This document shows, in pieces, positions 1 through 7,229 of a DNA stretch of 18,439 nt. How positions within the stretch are numbered: the first letter of the stretch is position 1; every line of letters begins with the position of its first letter. This stretch comes from Promethearchaeota archaeon (GTDB lineage: Archaea; Asgardarchaeota; Lokiarchaeia; Sigyniarchaeales; SOKP01), in NCBI GenBank assembly GCA_048938895.1, contig JBHLLU010000070.1, positions 1-18,439 on the forward strand, written 5' to 3'. The translations under genes were made by a program, and so were the position numbers. The notes beneath the pieces are model-generated. The model did not search any database and had not been told where the DNA came from. It saw only the letters and a program-made list of their open reading frames with translations.

Positions 1-14
1 TTATAAGAACTTAT

Positions 15-410
15 TTATACAAGATTTACCATAAGTTCGGTAAGTTCCTCTATTGCTTTCGTGGTGGGTATGGCTTTAAAAATAAATCCACTTGAGAATC
101 CTGAGTAATATCCATCATAGCATTCAATTAGTTCCTTTAGTTCTGAAAACTCATCTTTCTCTAACCAAATTTTACGTTTAAGCTTCAAAACCCATATATC
201 GCATTTATCTTTAGTGTGATAATCTTTCACAATTACAAAAAATTGATTGTCAAAGAGGACTTCCTTCGAGGCTTTTCTTTTAATAAATTTTGGTACAAAA
301 CGTATCGGAGTAGGTTTCCTATTACTGTGTCTATCAACTATATCAATAATATGAGATATATGTTTCTCAAGCTTATTGTTAGATAAATATTTCGTAAGAT
401 CATCTTTCAT
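15..410 (-). CDS. Hypothetical protein (131 aa)
   Basis: Complete ATG-TAA ORF with protein-like composition; C-terminal half HTKDKCDIWVLKL...DGYYSGFSSGFIFK looks like a compact alpha/beta domain. Confidence 0.7.
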   Translation of the reverse strand: MKDDLTKYLSNNKLEKHISHIIDIVDRHSNRKPTPIRFVPKFIKRKASKEVLFDNQFFVIVKDYHTKDKCDIWVLKLKRKIWLEKDEFSELKELIECYDGYYSGFSSGFIFKAIPTTKAIEELTELMVNLV

Positions 411-630
411 GTCATTAACAGTTATAACATATCATCCCCATTTTTTATCATCTGATATACTAGTACATGAAACCAGTCATTAAATCTGAGGGCAGAGAAG
501 GGATTTATTGATTTTAATATCAGCAATAAGAAAATCAAATCCTAATGAAAAAATCCTAAAAGACTTATTTTTTAGTTAATTTTTCAATGAAATCCGAGTT
601 CTGCATAATATGCTATATTTTTTTTAAATA

Positions 631-810
631 TCATTTATCAGATCTTTTGCGAAAAATGCACCCAAATCCAATACATATCATTGGAATTGCCCAAAAGAGT
701 GTAGCGATAAAGCAATTGCCAACATCACTTAAGGTTTCAGCTAATGAGGCACACCAATAGCCAAGGAGGATTACAACAATTCCGATAATTGCTTGGGTTT
801 TATAGATCAT
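631..810 (-). CDS. Small two-helix membrane protein (59 aa, absent from ORF track)
   Basis: Manual translation: MIYKTQAIIGIVVILLGYWCASLAETLSDVGNCFIATLFWAIPMICIGFGCIFRKRSDK*. Two hydrophobic stretches and a basic C-terminal tail; fills an otherwise empty gap. Confidence 0.65.
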   Translation of the reverse strand: MIYKTQAIIGIVVILLGYWCASLAETLSDVGNCFIATLFWAIPMICIGFGCIFRKRSDK

Positions 811-950
811 AATTTTTCATCTGATTCTACTAAACAATTGATTTGAAGAAACATCATTGATAACTTGACAAGATTGAATACCTGATTTTATTAAAAATAT
901 ATAAGCCAAAAAAGAATATATACTAATAGGACAAAAAAACGTGAAATATA

Positions 951-1589
951 TTGGATTCCAAATCATTTAAGAATACTTTTAAGTATATTTGTAATGAGTG
1001 TGGGGAATTTTCATTCTCAGAAGCAGAACTTTGCGAAATCTGTGGAGCAAAAGCTATTAGGAAAGCAACAGGAGTAGATTTCCGCAGACATAGGAGAGAA
1101 AGCAGAATTAAAAGAGATTGGAAAAGTAAAGTAATTAATCTATTTAAAATAAGATTAAGTAAGAGAGCCTTATATAGAGAGATTATTTCATCAGCGTTCA
1201 TCATCAGCGTTAATTTATTTGCATACTCTTTCCCGCGGTTTTACATTATGTTGGGTGTGATGGTGCTCTCTTCTCTAGGGATAATGTTTCTTTTAATTCA
1301 AAAACCAAGATCCTGGGTGTTTTTACATATGAGGGTAGCAGTCTTTACAACCATCTTCCTGATCATTGGCTCATTTATTAATTTTTATCACAAAACGTTC
1401 TCACGTTATGTAGTTTACGTATATTTCAGTGTGATCTCAACGCTTTTATTGGTATTAGGGTCACTAATTGGATATATTGCCTTTAAAGTGCCCAAAAAAG
1501 GTTTGAGGGTGGTACATATTGGTTTAGGAGGAATAATATTTGTATTGCTAATAGCTGTGACAGCGTATACTTATTTATTAGACCTCTAA
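951..1589 (+). CDS. Zinc-ribbon (CxxC-x10-CxxC) multi-pass membrane protein, possibly cytochrome b561-like
   Basis: CNEC...CEIC at the N-terminus, a basic linker, about 5 hydrophobic helices, and intramembrane His in WVFLH and RVVHIGLG. TTG start uncertain. Confidence 0.75.
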   Translation: MDSKSFKNTFKYICNECGEFSFSEAELCEICGAKAIRKATGVDFRRHRRESRIKRDWKSKVINLFKIRLSKRALYREIISSAFIISVNLFAYSFPRFYIMLGVMVLSSLGIMFLLIQKPRSWVFLHMRVAVFTTIFLIIGSFINFYHKTFSRYVVYVYFSVISTLLLVLGSLIGYIAFKVPKKGLRVVHIGLGGIIFVLLIAVTAYTYLLDL

Positions 1590-1777
1590 TTATATAAAGA
1601 AAAATATAAAATAACTACAAGAAAGGACTCTATCTTTTCTTCGCTTAATATAAGCGCATTATCTTTTCTTATAAATTTTAATTCTTTTGTCCATTCTCTT
1701 ACTTAATTGAAATCTCCAGATTAAGAGATAATATTATAAATTTTTAAACATACTAGTTAAAATAAGACAAAAATAGT

Positions 1778-1797
1778 GCAGACTAGTAGCAGACTAG
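1778..1797 (+). repeat. 9-bp direct repeat GCAGACTAG x2 with 11-bp period
   Basis: Copies at 1778-1786 and 1789-1797, about 20 nt upstream of the ATG at 1817. Confidence 0.6.
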
Positions 1798-1816
1798 ATA
1801 ATAAAAAAAGCTATAA

Positions 1817-2221
1817 ATGGTTGAAATGAAAGAGGAAGATCTTAGAGAATTGAAAAAGAGAGGCTATGATCTTAAGGATCTTAATGAATTAAGTAATGAA
1901 GAGCAAGAAATATATTATCCCAAAAAAAAAAAAAAAATGAAAAAGAAAAATGTGGGGTATATATTATTTGGGGTAGGAGCTTCTGGATTTTTATCAACAC
2001 TTCTACTATCATTTATAAACATGGCTAGGATAAATAGATCACTTCAAGAGCTTGAAGATCTTGGTTATTCAGATGAGTTTCCTATAAGATTTCTAAAAGC
2101 TTTGCCCCTAATTACGATAATAATTGGTGCAGTAACTACTTTAATTCTTTTTTGTGTAGGTGTGATACTACTGATAAAATTTCGAGAAAGAAAAAATAAC
2201 AGTATTAATAATAGCAGTTGA
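1817..2221 (+). CDS. Two-helix membrane protein with internal poly-Lys (A16 tract)
   Basis: Charged N-terminus, PKKKKKMKKK, two hydrophobic segments (VGYILFGVGASGFLSTLLLSFI; LPLITIIIGAVTTLILFCVGVILLI) and a basic tail. Confidence 0.8.
   Translation: MVEMKEEDLRELKKRGYDLKDLNELSNEEQEIYYPKKKKKMKKKNVGYILFGVGASGFLSTLLLSFINMARINRSLQELEDLGYSDEFPIRFLKALPLITIIIGAVTTLILFCVGVILLIKFRERKNNSINNSS
1922..1937 (+). repeat. A16 homopolymer inside CDS
   Basis: 16 consecutive A; the last is the A of an in-frame ATG. Confidence 0.9.
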
Positions 2222-2258
2222 GATTAATTATTATAGTCTCTTTTAAGGAATCTTCCCC

Positions 2259-2279
2259 TTGTTTTCATTTTTTTGTTTG
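2259..2279 (+). terminator. Putative archaeal T-rich terminator
   Basis: TTGTTTTCATTTTTTTGTTTG about 40 nt after the stop at 2221. Confidence 0.4.
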
Positions 2280-2429
2280 TATTGATAAAACTCAATTTAA
2301 ATAGTAGTTAAATATAAGTAAAGGGTATTTACATATAAATAATAAAATAGTTCACTGATTAAATATGACTTCTTGAACTTAAAGATATCAAACCTACAAT
2401 TACAGAAAATCGAAAACTTAAAATGGTGA

Positions 2430-3452
2430 TTGAATATATCTGATGAAACAAGTTCAGACAAAAACTATAATTTTAACGATTGGACAGTAAAGGAATTGAG
2501 AGATTTTGCCGATAAGAACAACATTAAAATTCCAGCTAAATCTAAAAAAAAGGATATAATCGATTTACTTCAAAAAGTTGTTTCTCATCCCGAATTCGTT
2601 GACAGATCCCATGAACCTGAAGAAGTTGAGGAAGAACTAATAGCCGGTTTTGAGGATGATGAAGATCTTGCGTTATTACGTAAAGAAAAAATGGATTTAA
2701 AATTCTGGCAAAAACCACCATTTTCAAGCTTACTTGATACAGAGATTGCTAAAGAATCAGAGATAGCATTTTATGATTTAGCCACTTTAGTTGATGAATT
2801 TTTTAATAAGATGTTGCATGAAGATTTAATAAATTATAAGATTTCTGGAATTGCACTCAAGACCTCAGCAAATTTGCATCATTATAAAATTTCGAGTATA
2901 ATTAGAGAAGAAGAACAGATTCAAAAAAGAGAAGAACTAGAAAAATTTAGACAAAAGCATTCGAGATCAATTCCAAAAGCTTTACCACAACCCATCCAAC
3001 CCAAAATGCAAATTGCAACAAAAGATGAATTATTTGATGCTATGCGATCAGCAATAATAGAGGTTATGCAAAATAAAGAAAAGATCAAAAGAAGACGTAT
3101 GCGACGAGAAGAATTAAAACAACAAAAAATTCAAATGAGGTCAAAAGCTCAATTACCTAAGGAAATCTTAAAACATATTAGCGGGAGAGAACAAACAGTC
3201 GAAGAACTTCATGAATCATGGTATAATAGAATAAAAGGAATTATTAAATTAGATGATAAAGAAACTAGTTTTTACAATTTAACGAATATAATAAAAGATG
3301 AAGAAGAATCGAGTATTGGGAGAAAATTTGCATTTGTAAGAATGTTTTTAGCATTGATGTTTCTTTCCACTGGAAATAAGTTATCACTAAGTCAAAATGA
3401 TGACTTCCAAGATATTTCAGTTAATATTGGAAAAAAAATAGATGAGAGGTAA
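2430..3452 (+). CDS. scpA: Segregation/condensation protein A (SMC kleisin) with N-terminal HeH/SAP-like extension
   Basis: Kleisin N-domain-like YDLATLVDEF...INYKISGIALKTSANLHHYK; C-terminal winged-helix signature VRMFLALMFL...LSQNDDFQDISV; directly upstream of scpB. TTG start uncertain. Confidence 0.85.
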   Translation: MNISDETSSDKNYNFNDWTVKELRDFADKNNIKIPAKSKKKDIIDLLQKVVSHPEFVDRSHEPEEVEEELIAGFEDDEDLALLRKEKMDLKFWQKPPFSSLLDTEIAKESEIAFYDLATLVDEFFNKMLHEDLINYKISGIALKTSANLHHYKISSIIREEEQIQKREELEKFRQKHSRSIPKALPQPIQPKMQIATKDELFDAMRSAIIEVMQNKEKIKRRRMRREELKQQKIQMRSKAQLPKEILKHISGREQTVEELHESWYNRIKGIIKLDDKETSFYNLTNIIKDEEESSIGRKFAFVRMFLALMFLSTGNKLSLSQNDDFQDISVNIGKKIDER

Positions 3453-3461
3453 ATAAAAATT

Positions 3462-4307
3462 ATGAATAATTTAGATAAAGAGAACGAGGAAGTTGTAAAA
3501 GAGGAAAATAAAGGAATCCCCGAAGAGAATTCAAACGAACACATCGATGTAGATCTCGAAGAAAATGATATCAATGAATCTGAAGAACCTATACCAGAAG
3601 AAAATATTGAAACTGGTGATGCTATAAATGGTACAGATGAGGTGGTCGAATCAGTGGAGAGTGATTATGTTGAAGAGACCATCGAAGGTGAGGTTATTGT
3701 AGAACAGTCAATAGAAGAACAAATGAGAGAATTTCATAGAAACTTAGTTGAAGCTTCATTATATGCTGCTGGAAGGCCTTTAACAATAGAAGAATTATCA
3801 AATAAATTAGAGTTACCTAAAAAGGAAGTTGAGGAATTAATCAATCAAGTAGCATTTGATTACCTTGACCGTTCAACAGCCCTAGTAATCGCTCAAATTG
3901 GAGATAGGTACCAAATGCAAATTAAACCTGAATACACAGAAAAGGTTTCTAAATTTGCTAAAGGTGGTGCTATCGCAGAGCGATATCTTAGAACTTTAAC
4001 CGTAATAGCGTTAAAACAACCACTATTAAAATCAACTGTTATAAAATTAAGAGGAACCGGGGCATACGAGCATGTTAAATATCTTATAGATAATGGTTTT
4101 ATTGATGCTGTAAAAAAAGGACGAAGTCATGAATTATCTACTACAGATAAATATGCTGATATGTTCGGATTGCCCAAAGACAAGCGTCTATTGAAGCAAG
4201 CTATGATAACACAACTAGGTGTTGAAGAAGTAACTACAACCGATCAACCTGAAAATATCTATGAACAAGAAGAACCTCAAGAACAAGAAGAACCTGAACA
4301 GGGATAA
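3462..4307 (+). CDS. scpB: SMC-Scp complex subunit ScpB with acidic terminal extensions
   Basis: VEASLYAAGRPL, YQMQIKPEY, LRTLTVIALKQP, LRG, and TTDKYADMFGL match the ScpB tandem winged-helix pattern; 9-nt gap after scpA with GAGGT RBS-like motif. Confidence 0.93.
   Translation: MNNLDKENEEVVKEENKGIPEENSNEHIDVDLEENDINESEEPIPEENIETGDAINGTDEVVESVESDYVEETIEGEVIVEQSIEEQMREFHRNLVEASLYAAGRPLTIEELSNKLELPKKEVEELINQVAFDYLDRSTALVIAQIGDRYQMQIKPEYTEKVSKFAKGGAIAERYLRTLTVIALKQPLLKSTVIKLRGTGAYEHVKYLIDNGFIDAVKKGRSHELSTTDKYADMFGLPKDKRLLKQAMITQLGVEEVTTTDQPENIYEQEEPQEQEEPEQG
4263..4295 (+). repeat. Short in-frame tandem repeat (18-bp period; EQEEPQ EQEEP)
   Basis: GAACAAGAAGAACCT occurs at 4263 and 4281 at the scpB 3' end. 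Confidence 0.8.
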
Positions 4308-4323
4308 AATAATTGAATTTAAT

Positions 4324-6921
4324 TTATTTAAAAATGTAAATTGACATATTCAAGTCTTCGAGCTCTTCTATTAAGTCTGCTTTTTCTTTAATAGAAGTTA
4401 TCATCTTATCTTCAATCTCCAAATTTTCAATTCTAATGGTAGATTTTATATCTTCCCTCACATTATTAAGATTCTCTATATTTTCTTTTTTAGAGAGAAT
4501 TATTATTCTCTTAATTTCTTGATTTAATGGTATTTGAAGATTTGACTTAGTCATTCTTAAAAATTTTATGATTTCTATACCTATTTTCCCACTTTCAACT
4601 AACGCCGATGGTAAATTTGGGTAAGCTTCTGGCCAATTTTCCAAATGTATCGATTTAACATTTCTAAATTTACTATACAGAATAGAATAGATCTCTTCTG
4701 ATATAAAAGGCATAGTAATAGCAATAGAGGTTAATAATTTATAGAATAAATTCAATGCATTACGTAAAGAAATTTTTCTAACTTGAATGTCTTCAACATA
4801 AAATTTGTATTTAATTGCTTCAATATAGTTATCACAAAGATCATTCCAGAAGAACGATCGTAATGTCATCATAGCTTCGTGCCAATTATATTCATCTAAA
4901 TTTTTTGTAATCTTTTCCAAATTCTTATTAAATTCAGAAAAGAAATAACAGTCAATCGCAGATAAATCTTTAAAATTGAATTCAAGCGCCTTTAATTCTA
5001 TTTTATTTAAATTAAGATATAAGAATCTGTAAGCATTCCAAATTTTAGTCACAAATCTAGATGCTCCAATTAACTGTTCATATCTTACACCATATTTCTT
5101 ATTAAACTTATCATCTGTTAATTTTTCTTGTTCTTTCAATATTGTTTGGAGTGAAATTGGCTGCTTTGTTTGTAGATTTATCCATGTGAATTCGAAAGGG
5201 TAATCATCTCCTAGCGAACCCATTGCTGCCCAGTATCTAATTGCATCAGCACCATATTTTGGCATTACTTCATCTGGTGAAACAGAATTTCCAAGACTTT
5301 TTGACATATGACGACCATCAGGACCAGCTACCATACCATTTATCATTGCTTCATAAAAAGGAGCTTTTCCTGTTAATTTCTTACAACGAAATAATGTATA
5401 GAATAACCAAGTCCTAATAATTTCATATCCTTGTGGTCTATGAACTTTAGCTTTAAGGTATGTTTTCTCAAAAAAATCATCATTTTCTTTCCATTTTGCA
5501 ATTTCTAAAGGTGTAATACTTGAATCAATCCAACAATCGCAGACATCTTTTTCCCCAATAATATTATCACTTCCACAATTTGGACATTCTTTTATAGGTG
5601 GCTGCGTTTTTACAGGATCTAAAGGTAAATCTTCACTATTTGGGGCGATAATTTCACCACATTCTTTACAATACCAAAAAGGAATGGGCGTGCCAAAAAC
5701 TCTTTGGCGTGAAATAACCCAATTCCAATCTAAACCTTCTGCCCAATCTAATAATCTTTGTTTTTGTTTTTCAGGGTACCAATTCATCTTTTCTGCAGAT
5801 TGAATAATTTCTTGGGTAAAATCCTTCACATTAATAAACCATTGATAAACAGGTAAATATTCTATTGGTTTTCGACATGATCCACGTTCAGTATGAACGA
5901 TGATGCTATGTTCATAATCTTCTATTTTCTCAATTAATCCCATCTCCTTGAGATCTTTTACTATTTCCTCTCGAGCTTCAAGAATTGTTAATCCTTGGTA
6001 CTTAGAATTCTCATTCATATGACCATCTTCTGTAAAAATCTGAATCTCATCAAGATCGTATTGAATTTTCCAATTAATATCCATTTCATCCCCATAAGTG
6101 CAAACATAAACCACACCTGTTCCAAAATTCATATCTACAGTACTGTCCATATAAACTCGAACAGTTCGGTTTGTGAAAGGAATAGATATTTCAGCAGCAG
6201 AAAGATCATAATATCTCTCATCATTTGGATGAACCATTATAGCAACACATGCTTCCATATATTCAGGTCGTGTGGTTGCGATTGTTATATATTCATTTTC
6301 TCTGTCAACAATCGGTAATTTTAAATACCATAATTTACCTTGTTCTTCTTGATAACCTACTTCTGCCTTCGCCACGGAAGTTTCACAATTAACACAAAAA
6401 TGAGTTGGGAATTTTTCACGATATAACCATCCTTTTTCAAAGAAATGTAAAAGCGATAATTGAACTTTATACTTATAATCATCATTCATAGTCCGATATG
6501 TGAAATCCCAATCAGCAGAATATCCTAAATCATCAAATTGTCGTCTCATATTTCTGATATTGTTATCCACCCATTCAACACACTTTTCAAGGAATTTATT
6601 TCTCTGATGTTGAGAAATTCCATATTCTTTTTGAACGGCAAGTTCTACGGGAAGACCATGACAATCAAAACCTTGTGGGAAATATACATTTTCTCCTTTC
6701 ATTTTATGATATCTTGCAACAAAATCAATCCATGAATGATTTAAAATATGACCCATATGAAGATCCCCGCTCACAAAAGGAGGAGGTGTGTCAATGGAAA
6801 AGATTTCATCTTTATGATTAATATCAAATGCATATATTTTTTCATCTTTCCAAAAATCTGTCCATTTTTTTTGAACTTCTTCAAATTTGAATCTTTTTGG
6901 AAATACTGTTTCTTGTGTCAT
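4324..6921 (-). CDS. valS: Valine--tRNA ligase, archaeal type
   Basis: DTPPPFVSGDLHMGH (HIGH), GFDCHGLP, editing domain ATTRPE and FGTGVV, WNWVISRQRVFGTPIP, RPQGYEIIRTW, HMSKSLGN (KMSKS variant), LCDNYIEAIK; no bacterial C-terminal coiled coil. Confidence 0.96.
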   Translation of the reverse strand: MTQETVFPKRFKFEEVQKKWTDFWKDEKIYAFDINHKDEIFSIDTPPPFVSGDLHMGHILNHSWIDFVARYHKMKGENVYFPQGFDCHGLPVELAVQKEYGISQHQRNKFLEKCVEWVDNNIRNMRRQFDDLGYSADWDFTYRTMNDDYKYKVQLSLLHFFEKGWLYREKFPTHFCVNCETSVAKAEVGYQEEQGKLWYLKLPIVDRENEYITIATTRPEYMEACVAIMVHPNDERYYDLSAAEISIPFTNRTVRVYMDSTVDMNFGTGVVYVCTYGDEMDINWKIQYDLDEIQIFTEDGHMNENSKYQGLTILEAREEIVKDLKEMGLIEKIEDYEHSIIVHTERGSCRKPIEYLPVYQWFINVKDFTQEIIQSAEKMNWYPEKQKQRLLDWAEGLDWNWVISRQRVFGTPIPFWYCKECGEIIAPNSEDLPLDPVKTQPPIKECPNCGSDNIIGEKDVCDCWIDSSITPLEIAKWKENDDFFEKTYLKAKVHRPQGYEIIRTWLFYTLFRCKKLTGKAPFYEAMINGMVAGPDGRHMSKSLGNSVSPDEVMPKYGADAIRYWAAMGSLGDDYPFEFTWINLQTKQPISLQTILKEQEKLTDDKFNKKYGVRYEQLIGASRFVTKIWNAYRFLYLNLNKIELKALEFNFKDLSAIDCYFFSEFNKNLEKITKNLDEYNWHEAMMTLRSFFWNDLCDNYIEAIKYKFYVEDIQVRKISLRNALNLFYKLLTSIAITMPFISEEIYSILYSKFRNVKSIHLENWPEAYPNLPSALVESGKIGIEIIKFLRMTKSNLQIPLNQEIKRIIILSKKENIENLNNVREDIKSTIRIENLEIEDKMITSIKEKADLIEELEDLNMSIYIFK

Positions 6922-7048
6922 CTTAAATTCTAATAGAAGGTTTCTTAATTTAAAAATCTATAATATTTGATAAATGTTTAAGATTTTTTCAAATCCGTGT
7001 AAATTATAATTTGATTTTAATTCCGAATAAATATTTATAATTTGTTAA

Positions 7049-7150
7049 TGGACCTGACGGGAATTGAACCCGTGACCTCTTGAATGCGAATCATGTATTT
7101 AAGCGTTTTGCTTAAATAAATCAAGCGATCTTCCACTGATCTACAGGCCC
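7049..7150 (-). tRNA. tRNA-Ala(CGC) with 30-nt intron (7090-7119) at position 32/33
   Basis: Acceptor GGGCCTG/CAGGTCC with G3:U70 and discriminator A; D stem GATC/GATC; anticodon arm CTTGA-TTCGCAT-TCAAG after intron removal; T arm ACGGG-TTCAATT-CCCGT; 72 nt mature; CCA not encoded. Confidence 0.95.
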
Positions 7151-7229
7151 TAATATATGTAATTATATTAATAAAATCAGACTAACTAAAATTTTTTATT
7201 ATTTTTCATAAACGCTTAACAAAATGATA

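Noticed and set aside
411-540. Possible TGA read-through (selenocysteine) or 5' extension of ORF 15-410
   Set aside because: Several in-frame stops including TAA lie upstream and no SECIS-like hairpin was evident.
923-1204. 93-aa minus-strand ORF
   Set aside because: Antisense to the zinc-ribbon membrane gene; no independent motif.
2542-3574. Minus-strand ORFs 2542-2727 and 3392-3574
   Set aside because: Shadows of scpA/scpB; Ser/Phe richness mirrors Glu/Lys codons on the coding strand.
5995-6933. Plus-strand ORFs 5995-6318, 6538-6735, 6748-6933
   Set aside because: Antisense to valS, no recognisable features.
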